Positions 41,116 to 53,632 of a stretch of DNA of 64,000 nucleotides are shown here, in pieces (the first letter of the stretch is position 1; each line of letters starts with the position of its first letter). Position numbers and translations under genes: made by a program. Source of the DNA: the human T2T-CHM13v2.0 reference genome, Homo sapiens; the NCBI RefSeq assembly GCF_009914755.1, contig NC_060926.1; one strand, written 5' to 3'. The notes below the pieces were generated by a model. The model ran no database searches and was not told the DNA's origin. It saw nothing but the letters and a program-made list of their open reading frames with translations.

Positions 41116-44081
41116 GTAGGTGCGGGCCCCGGTGCACCTGGCGGCGCGGGCGGACCCCTGCCCTCTTCTCGCCGCCACTGCCTCTTTTGCTTTCTTTTCT
41201 TTTTCTTGGCGAGAAAATACCTACGGGCCACCGTTGTAAGTTCTGGATTTTCGTCCTCCCCTTCCCCCCCACCCCCTTTTAAACTAGGGGATTGGAGAGT
41301 GGGCTTGAAGAGACAACATGCCCTTTTCCTCTCACGTTATATTTTACCCAGATAGACTCCTGGAATTGTAGGCCCCCTACCAGGAGCCTGTTACCTCCTT
41401 CCAAGAACTACTCCCCCTCCCCAGTGTCTGCCCCCCCCCCCCACCCCTGCCCCGCGTCTTCTCTCTGGGTGGTGGACAGACAAGAAAATCTTTGCACCCA
41501 CTGGCACCTCTCGACATCCTGGGACCCTATTCCTTCAGGAAAGCCCTCTCTCTCTCCTCCCCGTTCTCCATCAGTCATAACTCCTTTCTGAAAGGGGTTG
41601 GGGACCCAGAAACATGGTTGGACTCCTTCAAGTAATCTGGAGCGAGGGCGAGGGCTGCCGCTCTGGGAATCAGGTGCGAAGGTCAGGAAGGAAGAAGCCA
41701 GCCTTGGTTGGCTCATGCCGCCTGTGTGCCCCCTGCCTGCCTGCCTGCCCCCCCGCCGACCCGTCTTCTGTAAGGATCACGGACAGGAGGCTGCACTGCC
41801 CCCCAGGAACGAAGGAGCACCTTGAGGGTCTGGGGGTACCTGGAGCAAGGAGACCGGCAGAGGGAAGAGGGGGTCGGGTGGGGGAAGAGACATCACGCAG
41901 GCTCCTGGGTGGTTCTGGAAGCAGAAAACAACTTGTTTCTAAAGCAGCCGGACTGGTTTGCACTGGAGGGATTGTGCGTGTGATCTCTGTGTTTATAAAT
42001 ACCAGGAAGGTGCTGTTGGCGGGGGGGTGCTGATGGCGTGTCTGCCCTCTGCTGCAGCTCCCCCACCCGCTCTGTCTCGAGAGAGAGCTGGGTTAACGCA
42101 GGCCCAATACAACATGAAGCCCACCGTGGTCAGCATCTGTGGAGTCTAGCATAGTTGGCTGCAGCAAGGGATGCTCATGCTCCATAAGGCGGTGGCCTTG
42201 GCCTCTAGAAGGGGCTAGGGTGGGCTTCCAGGGAGGGGTGGACTCAGCTGGAAAGAATTTTGGAACGTGGCTCTCTTTTGGATCTGATGGGGGGGTCCCT
42301 TGTTCCAAAGTGATTCCCTATACCTGGTGAGTCCCCAAAATGGCTTTTCTGTCTTCCCTCTGCCTCCCATGGTGCTCCTATAAGCACCCACAGTAGAGAC
42401 AGCCTAGTCTGTTCATTGAGGGTGCAGTCAATGCACCCTTCGTAATGAGCACCAAGGTGATGAGTTTAAAATCCGAAAAGTTGTTGATTATGTTTGCTTC
42501 CCAGCCCCGCTAGTGGTTTGTGTTGAATGTAAACATAATGAGGGAATAGGTTGAAGTCTGTACCCACTCCCTCCGTCTCCCGTTCAACAAACCCCAAACG
42601 CCTGTCTGTCTCCTCCTCCCTGAAATCAGGAAGGGATCTTTTGATTTCTTCTCTGTTCTTTTCCCTAATGTGTCTTTAGCAGTGATCATTGGAGTATTAC
42701 AATCTCACTGCCTGGTTTAGCATAGACCCTGGGGCCTGGAGGGAAGTCAGACCGGACATCAGTGCCCCAACTGAATAATCTGTGTCACTAGGGCTTTGAG
42801 CCCAGGATGTGAGCGGAGGCAATTCCCGGTTTTGGAAGAAAATCAGACAGGAAACCAGTGCTAGGAAGAAGGAAGAGAACTCAGTCCAGCAGAGTGTAAT
42901 AGGGCCTCATTACCGAAGCAAAAAGCAGCTGTTGGCTAATTCCTAGCATGCTGTAACACATGAGTATTTTGCAATTAGCAATAACCAGTGCACGGGGTTT
43001 CGCATAGACGCCTGCCCATTCGGCCCGGCAGTGTGTGAGGCGCCTTTCAAACCGGAGGGATTGGCAAGGTAATGCCACTTGAGACAAGTTTCTTGGCCTG
43101 TCCGCTCCTTGGTGTGGTGGTGGTTGGGTGGGGGACGAGGAGGAACTGGTGGATTTTTCTGTCATTGCTCCAAGTGTGAACAAAATTGTTCTGTGGTCCT
43201 AAGGACTGACCTCAGAGGCTTTTGTTCCTTCACAAGTCTATGCTATGACCTTGCCCGATCTTGGGCTCAAGGTAACTTTACTACATACCAGATAAAACCT
43301 GTAATCACTTTATTTCTCTCCGCTTCCTGTACTGGAAGACTTTCCTGGCAATTAGTGGATGGGCCTTTCTCTTTTATGGCATCTCAGTGGACCGATCCAT
43401 ATGAGACAGTTCTCTGGTTTTTCTCTGGGGAAGTGAATTTTATTTTTTTCAGCTCTCTCTTTTGGGGGTCCAATATTCCTGATTAGTTTGTTGCCAGTTC
43501 TTCAACCCAGAGCTTTCCCGTCCTCTCTAGCTTCATGAAGCTGGATCTTAATACATGGCCATGAGCTCCAGTGACTTTGGGGGTGGGGGGAGCAGACTAG
43601 TCTTTGTTACAGCCTCTGTTCTTATATATGGCAGGAACTTGAGGCATGAAAAATATTTCCTGTTCCAGTTATAGTTTTAATCTCAAAGGTTGGTCATTGG
43701 TGATTTTGTTTTGTCAGTAACCGTTGCACACACCTCCCCTTCTTGGATTTTTCTTTTTGCTGTTGTTTTTTTCTCTCCTAACTTTCCTAGGAAAACATCT
43801 CCCAGATATATGCCCTGCCTGGCTGCTTGACTATTACGGTTTCAGGGCCTGAGCATTACGCAATCCAGCCAGTTACACAAACATAGGTCATTTCATAACT
43901 TGTTTTCATCAGCTGGGCCCCCTTTTAATGAAAAAACAAAACAAAAACAAGACCTAGAACTTTTCCAAGGCTGCTATTTGTTTCTCAGATAACTTGTGAA
44001 AATAAATCAAGGGCAGTATTTCCTTTTTGGAGTTAAGGAATACCAGACTAGCACTCTTCTTCCTCAACCACCCCTTCCCAA

Positions 44082-44082
<1 letters not shown>

Positions 44083-44135
<53 letters not shown>
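44083..44135. repeat. (AC)~26 microsatellite in intron 1
   Basis: Direct read. Confidence 0.95.
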
Positions 44136-44139
<4 letters not shown>

Positions 44140-44475
44140 TCCCCAGAGTGAACTTTTGCCAACTGTACCAGACTGGGACATTCCTCACATCAAAGAACTT
44201 TTACCAGAAATGACTGTGATTCCCAAGCTAGCCTCAATCATACCTCTCTAGTGCCCTCTACGGGAAATTTTTAGGAAAACTATCTTGGGAATGTATTTTT
44301 CCAGTCCCAGAGAGTGTTAAATTGGTGAGTTTGGAATTCTTAGGATGCTTTTTCTTTTTAATGAGGGACAAATAAATGCCACATATTTAACCGTGGTTAA
44401 CTAGGAACTGCTTGACTTTGAGTTTCTTTTTTGTTTTCTTCTAAATAAAACCTGGTTAAAAAAGGAGTGCTTTTT

Positions 44476-44525
44476 CGTTGTGCACAAGTACCCTAGAACT
44501 TAAAGTATAATAAAAAAAATATATA
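44476..44525 (+). mobile_element. 50-bp extreme 5'-truncated L1PA 3' end
   Basis: cgttgtgcacaagtaccctagaacttaaagtataataaaaaaa; 18-bp TSD AAAAAAGGAGTGCTTTTT at 44458-75 and 44526-43. Confidence 0.9.
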
Positions 44526-47074
44526 AAAAAAGGAGTGCTTTTTTCTTTTCCTATTTTGATGTCTGTCTATTCATTAGGTTGCCTTCACAGTTTGTTCAAA
44601 TTCCCAAGGCATGTTTTCCTATGTGCTTATATTAGGAGGGGGCTTGTTCAGTTGGTGGGAATGTGGGAGGCATAGATTAAGGGTCTGGGTGCTTTTTTTT
44701 TTCCCCTTGATGTTACAGATGTTGTAGATTAGGATCAAACAAAATGTTATCCCAAGAATTTGTCTGTTCCGCTGATTCTTGATGGTGGAAGTCAGCTTCA
44801 CTTTTTCATCAAAGGGAATGGGGTGAAATAGCAGTCATGTATTGTCTGAAAGGCATTTGAATTTTCCTATCCAAAACGCTGAGTGCATTTCCACTACCCA
44901 TTTCTGCTTCTGCCTGTCTTATTATTCAAGGTGAGGGTAAAATTGGGAGACTTGTTTTTTCTTCTCTATCTTAATACAAACACAGCAGAACTTATTCATC
45001 CTTGTCACTGTCATCCCCTTCCTTGTTTTTTCCTTGGGGAGACTAAATGCTTATCTGAATGCTGCGGCTATGCTTAGACTCAGAAAGGTTTTGCAGTACC
45101 CCCTCTTTTGCAGTTGCTTTCAGCGTATTCTTTTGAAAATCCTCCCTACTAACAAATCTTTGTCCTTTGAAGGGTGAATTTGATATTTGGAAATTACCAA
45201 AAGCCTCTTTGGAGCCGAGTCTGACATACAAGTCTGGATGATCAGGCTGAGGCCAAAGTAGGGTGTGACCCTGTGTCCTGCAGGCCTCTAGAGTCTACCT
45301 GGGAGAGCATGCCCACGACAAAGGACACCAAAGCAGGCACCTTTGCCGTCAATAACTTGGATTTTTTTTCTCATTTGTTAGATAGGAATAAAGATACTGG
45401 TTGTGAGAATTAAGGAGACGAACGTTCCGGTCTATTTGTTGAAACAAAGAAAAAAATAGCATCATTACTTTGTGGATATGTCTCATCTATGTTGTATGTG
45501 GTGTCTTTTGGTGGCCACAGTATTTCAAAATGACAGCAGCTGCCCTGATTGAGGCAAATATATCTGTTCCAAACCCCATCTGGTAATTCTATCCCTTCTC
45601 CACTCCCTGGGCCAGAGAGGGAAGGTATAAGATTTCTCCTGGCCCACCTGGTCTCTCGGCCCTGTCCCGTGGCAGTGAGACTTTCCTAGGCTCACCTTCC
45701 GGTGGCTTTAATGGAGGATGAGAGGACGTGTCATTCCCATGGAGTACAGAGCCGCCAGGGAGCTGTGGGGGCTCCAAAGGGGCCCACACACTAGTGGAGT
45801 GAATTCCCCAGTGCTTTGGAGTGGCGCTTCTGGCCAAAAGGGCCCTGGCAGGGAAGCAGCTGGGGAGCCTGGACGAGGGCTAAGGCCTTCTCTTTCTGTT
45901 TCTTTCCTTCCCTGCTTCTCTTCCCCCTGGCAGGCAGCCAGGTGGAGGAGGATAGAGTAAGTCTTTCAAGGGAACCCAGGAAAGCGTGGAGGCTGAAGGG
46001 AGGCGAGTCACCTAAGACAGCATTTATAAACTGTAACGCTTTGGGAAATCACAACTTATTAGCAACAGTTTCCATTGTGACATAGTGGTATTTCTTCAGA
46101 GAGGAATGAAATGTCAGAGGTCAAAGTGATGTTCAACGCAGAACCTGTGAAGAATGGTTAAATTCCTTATGGAAGGCTTTGGGGAACATCCCAGGTTCAG
46201 TAAAAATACAGAGTATTTGCGTTAAACTGGACCTCAGTGGGGATGTGATGGGAGGTATGAGACAGATTGTGCCCTTATCCTTTTCTCTTCTTGGGAGCCA
46301 ATCTTCTAGGATGTTGGAATTGTCCCTTTTCCATCCTGGGAATCTAAAGAAAGGGTTCTTAAAGGGAAAGAACCCAGTCCCTTCCTAGATACACTCAATC
46401 ATACCTGCTTGCCTGGCAAGGCAGTTTACAGAGTCCACAGGGCTTCATGGCTTGAATGCTTGATAACCCAGACAAAAATCTATCTGATGGAGAATCGCCT
46501 GGCCAAGGGGCTGGGCCAAGAACCCCAACCCTGACTTCCATCTCACATACCAGTTCTGCCCACTCACGAGTCTCTGGGATAAGCCCTCGGCCCCATCCGG
46601 TCCTGTAGGGGCCCAAACCCTAGTTCCAATACCTGTCAGCAAAAAGCCATGGGTTCATAGCTGAAGCCAAGGCTCCAGTATAGAGTCTCAGGAGGCAGTT
46701 TTCCCAAATCAGCAACTGTTGTGGGGGGAACTTCTCTGACCTGCTGAGGTTTGGTGGCCCTAGAGGGTCCGTGTTTTCGGCCGTCTTTCTCATTGGCAGT
46801 GGAAGGAGCACACGCATCCTTCCCAAGCAGCCCGGTGGCACCCTAGCAACAGGGTACAGCAGGGTGATGGGAGTTTCCATGCCCAAAGACCACAAGGCTT
46901 GTAAGGGTTTGAACGTCGGCTCAGGGTCTGGAGGTTCAAGCTGATAAGTGAGAGCCCGTCTCCTCGGCTACCTGGGTTGGAGGAACATCTCAGTTCTGAC
47001 TTTTTGCTTTCTTATTTCCTCTGTATTCGTTTCCCTCCAACCTGAGCATGGGAGATGAGAATGAACCTCTGGGA

Positions 47075-47271
47075 CAGGGGTTGGCAAACTATGTCCTGAG
47101 TATTTTTCTAAATAAAATACAGTGGCACAGTCCTGCCTATTTGTTTACATGTTATCTAGGGCTGCTTTCGCACTGCAGTGGCAGAATTGAGGTGCAGCCA
47201 AGACCGTATAGCCCACCAAGCCTAAAATATTTGCTGTCTGACCCTTCACAGCAAAAGTTTGCTAAACTCTG
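47075..47271. mobile_element. MER58-like hAT-Charlie MITE
   Basis: TIRs caggggttggcaaact / agtttgctaaactctg; 8-bp TSD ctctggga / ctctagga. Confidence 0.8.
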
Positions 47272-48473
47272 CTCTAGGAGGTGGATGGGGACCACTATAT
47301 CCTTTTATAGGCATTCTTGCCCACCCCGCAGTTGACAGGGTGACACAGTGAAATATTTGGAGGCTTTGCCAGGCTGGAATGCTACATAGGCATCCAGCAT
47401 CTTCAAAGTGTCCTTGAGGAGGACATGTTGGCTACAGAGCCCCAGGCAGCCGAGTGAGGTTTTGGGTTACCTCTCCCGATCCCATCACTCCCAGCACACT
47501 CCTGGCATGCATGCAGCAGGTTTGAAACTGCCCTGTAGCCCCCAGCTGAGCAGCTCTATCTTGGTTTGTGTTTAGTGTTAACTCGTCCATAGAGAACCAC
47601 GATTTATCTCCAGTGTGACATGTGGCTGATTCTCGGGTCTATTGGCATAGAAGAATGCTAGGCTAACTTCTGGGACCACAAACTCCTAACTTCACCTCTT
47701 CTCTCCTACCCCAGTGTCTGAATAACACGTTTCTGAATAACATGCTGGGAGTTGAGACAAGACCCATCTGCCAGATCTAATTGAAACTTTTGTGTGTCTC
47801 CAAGAGAAGCTCCTCTTGGAGACAAAAGCCTTCTTTATCAGAGCCCCGGGCCCCTCTGGGGATGGGACATTGTTTTCCTTGCAGTTTAGAGCCAGTGTAT
47901 TATCCAGATGGCTTTGCCTCCTGTCTGAAACAAGGTGTACATGCGTTTCAGAGGCAGTCATTACCTCCTGGCTGGTTTTTATTGCTGTCTTGTTTTGTCT
48001 AGACCAAGCCATTGCTGCGAGGAATCTGGCTGATGTATACCGGGGAGCACACACCACGGACCTGCCCTCCAGAGCGGGTGGACTAGAGGGCCTCAGAGGG
48101 GCTAATAGGCATCCACTTATTCTGAAGGGGTCTTTGTCCCTCAGCTTTGCTTCAGATTTTCTGCTGGGTTCCCCAAGCCTAAAACGGGAGCACTTTTATT
48201 TGTTGGAATGAGGAGTGACTTTCTTAGGTGCTTTCCTAAAAGGAAAGCTGACAGCTTCCCCATGGAGGAGGGAGTCATATCAAACCATTGTGCTGAATGC
48301 CTCAGGTGCATTTCAAACCCAGAACCTGGCTTGGGGAGAGAAATGGAATTTAAAAGTTGGGTGCTTCCCAGGAGTGGGTAGCTGGCACTTCTCCCCGGAG
48401 CCTCCTGGGCAGAGTACACAGGCACATCTAATGATGATGGTGGTGGTGATGGTGACCTTCCATTGGTTTGGAG

Positions 48474-48659
48474 CAATGTTTCTCAACCCTGGCTGCACAA
48501 CAGACTCTCCTTGGGGGTTTAAAAAAAAAAAAAAAAGCTTATCAGAGCCCTGCCCCAAACCAATTATTTTAGAGGTCTAATGGCGAGGCTCTGACATTAG
48601 TGTGTTTTTTACAAGCTCCTTGGAATATTCTAATGTGTAGCCAGGGTTGAGAACCACTG
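48474..48659. mobile_element. MER5A-like hAT-Charlie MITE
   Basis: Inverted ends ttctcaaccctggctgcaca / tgtgtagccagggttgagaaccactg (19/20 complementary). Confidence 0.8.
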
Positions 48660-49109
48660 GCGTGCTTTTATAGCCTGTGATTACAAGTAGCTACTCATTT
48701 AATCCTCATGGCAGTGCAGTGAGTTTGATGAGTATTCCCCTTTACATCCATGGAATTGAGTCCTTGAGCCCAGGGCAAGGCACTCAGTGGCTAAGCCAGG
48801 CCTCAACCCCATGCCTCCTGACCCCGAGTGCAGTGTTGACTCCCCGCCCCTCCCATCCAGCAGCTCAGGAAAAAAATAGCTGTCTGGGACTTGGTGCTTC
48901 TACACACACTCAGCCATGCCTGCTGTTCTCACGACTCTGCCTACTCACAGCCCAGCCCCAATTGGCCATTTTTCCTCCTTGAAGATCATTTCCCACTTGG
49001 ATGCTTTCCTGTTCACTGCACTCTTCCCTCCTTCATATGCACACACCTGCTGCTTTTCAGTCAGCGCCTGATAAAAAGCCCACTTTTCTTTGCCTTCAGA
49101 AATGCAACT

Positions 49110-49608
49110 CAGAATCTATCACCCTGGGCAGCTCTCTTCACGGGATCCCAGAATCCATTGTACTGGGTAACTTTCCTCCAGTATCCCAGAACCCATTGCT
49201 CTAGGCAGCTCTCCTCCTGAATCTCAGAATGATGCATTGCACCGGATAGCTTTCCTCCAGAATGCCAGAAACCATTGTTCTGTGCAACTCTCCTCTTGAA
49301 TCTCAGAATGCATTGTACTGGGTAACTTTCCTCCAGAATCCCAGAACCCATTGCTCTGTGCAGCTCTCCTCCCGAATCCCAGAATGCATTGTGCTGGGTA
49401 ACTTTCCTCCAGAATCCCAGAACCCATTGCTCTAGGTGGCTCTCCTCCCGAATCCCAGAATGCATTGCAATGGGTAACTTTCCTCCAGAATCCTAGAACC
49501 AATTGCTTTAGGCAGCTCTCCTCCCAAACCCCAGAATCCATTGCACTGGGTAACTTTCCTCCAGAATCCCAGAATCCATTGTGCTGGGCAGCTCTCTTCA
49601 CTGAAGCC
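49110..49608. repeat. Minisatellite: 13 x ~38-bp monomers alternating A/B (76-bp higher-order unit) in FOSL2 intron 1
   Basis: Monomer starts at 49110, 49149, 49187, 49225, 49266, 49304, 49342, 49380, 49418, 49456, 49494, 49532, 49570; A=cagaatgcattgtactgggtaactttcctccagaatcc, B=cagaacccattgctctaggcagctctcctcccgaatcc. Confidence 0.93.
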
Positions 49609-50059
49609 CTTGGCCTGGGCCCCCGAGGTGGTCTGGTTGATGAGGCAGCCGTTCCAACATGCAGACTAGGGTCAGGCAGATAGCAGGGAATTGAGCAAGA
49701 AGGGGTCCCCAGCTCTGTCAGCTGTAGTGAGGTACTCTATGTGTTATTTACACAGCAGGAACCCTGATGTTGTGACAAGGCAAAGACAATGGTGGTGCCA
49801 GCTTCCATTGCTGCGAATGCTTCTATCCTAGTTGGTCTGATTGGACCAGCATAGGGAGGGTTCTACAGCATCCATGCTAATGATAGTGGGGTTCCATTCG
49901 GGGCCAGACAGACCTGTGGTACCTTCTTTGTGAGAGGGGAGGTCTATAGGGGATGACCTGACACTCTGTCTGAGGGCAGTGGGGGTGGATAACCAGCACT
50001 TAGGGCTGGATTTTGAGGAAGAAAGCAATGGAAAAGGAGCTTGTATACCACTGTGTTCA

Positions 50060-50300
50060 GGGGCTCTGGCCTCTTTGTCAGGCTGGACTGGGTTTGAATC
50101 CTGACCCCGCTGCTTATTAGCAATGTGGCCTTGAATAAGTTACTTAATCTCACTAAGCCTAAATTTCTGTCCCTAAAATGGAGCTAATGGTCGTTCTTCA
50201 CTCAGAGAGAGAATTAGTGAGATAATCTAGGTAAGCCATGGTGTCTGACATTTAGTAAGTGCCCAGGAAGTGTTGTTAGCTATTGTCTTCATCTCACCCA
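50060..50300 (+). mobile_element. MIR SINE
   Basis: ctgggtttgaatcctg..tgtggccttgaataagttacttaatctcactaagcct..tagtaagtgc. Confidence 0.7.
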
Positions 50301-51389
50301 GTTTTTAAGTGGGGAAGAAACTACTTGGAGAAGCTTTATGTGGACACAGGAGTCATCTGAAGATGAAGGTTCACCTGGGTTCCATTAGGGGGACTTGCCT
50401 CTGAAAAGCTGGAAGTAGGGGGCTCTTCTCTCCTTCCCGCTTCTTGCAGTTTCCAGTAGCTGCCTTGGAGAAAGGTCAGGACCAGCTGCTAAGGAGCACA
50501 GCCCATTTTAGTTTCTATACTCTGTCATCATCTTATATTTTAAATAGAATGCTTCCTGCAGCATGTTCCAGAGAGCTCTGCAACGTGGTCTGGGCATAAA
50601 TTAAGAAGCGGGGAGAAAACTGCACTAGCAGCACCAGAGTTTCCCACAGAAACATCTGTGAACATAGATCAATGCCTATGTAGCTGGGTAGAGAGACACA
50701 CTCAGCCAGTCTGCCCCAAGCAAGATGCTGATGATGGGAAGGGAGGAGGGACAAGGACAGCAAGGGATGTCTGGCTGCAAATGCCGCTACTTGTTAGTCT
50801 CCTGGGTTAGAGGACATCTTTTCACGGACCTGGCTGTGCCCTGATGGAGTCATAGCTCTGTCCTGAACCTCTTTGGAAAGTGACAAAGGCAGACACAGTA
50901 TGCTCCCTTGGTGATCTTTGTTGGTCCAAGGCTACTGGTGTGCAAATCCCTTCAAGGTGTCCTGAGCTGGTACCCTGAGAAACAGTTGGCAGGCGACTCA
51001 GAGGCTTAAAAACCCAGGTGCCACATCCTGCAGATGTGTATCCTGGAGAGCTGCCAAGAGGGCCTGCCGAGTGTGAGTGCTGGGGACCACGTCTATCTTG
51101 GAAGTCATTTGGAATAGGACAGTATCCTCACTGAGCCACCTGGGGATGGAGTTCTCAGGACCCCAGTCAGGGAGCAGATCCGACGTGAAGCCCCAGGCAT
51201 AATTAAGATTCCCCCCTTGATTCTTGGATGCACAGGACTTGTCCAGGCCCACCTGGGGTCCTGACCTTGCCCTTCGAACACTGACTGTGCTCTGTGCTGG
51301 TTTTTGCCTCAGCTCTGTTCAATTATTATTAACTATCCTGTTCAGCTTAGTATTTATTGGCTCATTTGTATTTTTTTTCCTCATTTCAG

Positions 51390-51641
51390 AAATTCCGGGT
51401 AGATATGCCTGGCTCAGGCAGTGCATTCATCCCCACCATCAACGCCATCACGACCAGCCAGGACCTGCAGTGGATGGTGCAGCCCACAGTGATCACCTCC
51501 ATGTCCAACCCATACCCTCGCTCGCACCCCTACAGCCCCCTGCCGGGCCTGGCCTCTGTCCCTGGACACATGGCCCTCCCAAGACCTGGCGTGATCAAGA
51601 CCATTGGCACCACCGTGGGCCGCAGGAGGAGAGATGAGCAG
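51390..51641 (+). CDS. FOSL2: FOSL2 coding exon 2 (aa 35-118, [32 protein letters not shown]...GRRRRDEQ)
   Basis: Polypyrimidine tract + CAG acceptor (AG 51388-89); Fos-family [18 protein letters not shown] motif; 252 nt; donor GTACAG at 51642. Confidence 0.98.
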
Positions 51642-53311
51642 GTACAGCTCAGACCAGTGGGAAGGAGCCACGTCAGTGGCTTTCAGAGCCCCAGAAACAC
51701 AGAACGGGTTTCTGCAGACTGGGAGGGTTAATGTTCTGAGAGCAGGGGAGACAAGGGAGCTAGGGGTCGAAGAGCACGTCATCCCCCTTACTGGAGGCCG
51801 AGCTGGAGAGCCAAGACTCAGGCTGGCTCTGTCATCTCGCTTATGTCCCTTAGAATCTCTGAGTCTCACTTTCCTCAGCCACAAAATGGGGATCATGGTC
51901 CCTGCAAGCCAGGACTTGGCTACAGATGGGAAGGACCATTACGACCTGCCCACAGCAGGATCCTTCTCTGATCCTTGGCAAAAGGGCCATGGGACAAGCA
52001 GCCAATGAACCCTGGCTGTGAGCTTTTTAGGATTATCCCTTAGCTGTCTCCCAGGGTCTAGTGCAGGCCAGGCACCCAGCAGACCTACGGGGTCAAGCTC
52101 TGGGTCGGTACTGCCCACGACTTCCCATTCCTCCTCAGTGTTCTAGGCCTCCAACTCGGAGCAGGAGCCTATTTCAAGGGCCTGGAATGCATGTTCCAGA
52201 GGTGCAGTAACTCTGGGGCCTTAGGAGTCTGTTCAGTGGCATGGACAGGAGGATGAGGCAGGGGAGGCCAGACATCAGCCCTTTTCTCTTCAAGGGGCTC
52301 AGCTTTGAGAAAGAATTAACCTGGCTGGGGAGGGAAGCCAGAAAATGGGGAAGGGGGGGCTCTGCTATTTAGGCAGCACCTACCTAGTACTCAAGAGGCT
52401 CATTGCCTGGATCAGCAGTAAGCCAGGGCAGTGCCAAGTTCCCTGGTCTTGGAAAGGGAAATCAGAATCATGCATAATTCCAGAAAGAATGGGATAAAGC
52501 CTCAGAGAGCCCCACCTCTCCCCCATGTCAGATGATACAAGCAAGGGCCAGACATACCTGTGTGTGGCCACTCGGCCAGTGAGTGGGGAAGTCTGGGCTA
52601 GATCCCAGTTCCCTGGACCCCCTATGCAGTATTCTTTCTCCAGGGCTATGCCACCCTGAGCCCAGGGAAGGGAAAAATACTTTAGCAGTGGAATCCCTTT
52701 TTCAAATGAATTGTTATCCTGGGAAACTATTTCAGTGACAGCCTTGGAACCCTTCCTCATTTCAACCACTGTCCATCTTCACTCTGTGATCCCCAGGGCC
52801 ACAATGTTCCAATATACGGACCTTTCAAACATGGTTCCCAGTGGATCAGGGTAGATCCAGACCCCAGGATACTTGGAATTACAGGGATCACCACACCAAG
52901 AAACTGGAAGCTTTCTCAGGAGCTCTGCTCCTGCGAGGACAAAGCTGGGTCTTGTATCCACTACTTGTTGGTTTGTTCTGTTAATGGCAGAACCACGGTG
53001 CAGAGCCACTTGGGAGGTGTGTCTGCTAGACACTATAATGGATTCACAGCTGCATGTTGGGCCTCTGCTGCTGGAGCAAGTGGCCAGTATCCTCCTCACA
53101 GTTGCTTTCTATAATTGCAGTTGTAAATATTGCAGTAGCCATGCTTGTAAGGACTTTTATAAATAGGCTTCCTTCACGGAATCCAAGGTGCAAAGCCTTA
53201 TACTCACTGATGAGCTGGACTCTTCTGGGATATAAGTGATCCTGAGTGAGAGCCAGGCTTGCCAGGTACTCTTTGGGGCTAGCAGGACCACAAAGCCTGA
53301 GGATGTGCTGA

Positions 53312-53632
<321 letters not shown>

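Larger units (their letters stand above)
37400..41250. promoter_or_regulatory. CpG island(s) covering the FOSL2 promoter and exon 1
   Basis: Very high GC and CpG density, with a short MIR-containing dip at ~38600-39000; many GC boxes. Confidence 0.9.

Noticed and set aside
37602-41178. Long ORFs in the CpG island (236, 243, 278 aa and others)
   Set aside because: Low-complexity R/G/A/P sequences expected from stop-codon scarcity in GC-rich DNA; no recognisable domains
41116-41355. Exon 1 read-through into intron 1 as a protein isoform
   Set aside because: Strong donor at 41116; low-complexity continuation; likely NMD or nuclear retention
49110-49608. CRISPR-like array, or coding repeat (ORFs 49109-49465 and 49224-49601)
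   Set aside because: Monomers abut with no unique spacers, the DNA is human and there are no cas genes; the 38/76-bp period is not a multiple of 3, so the ORFs are repeat artefacts
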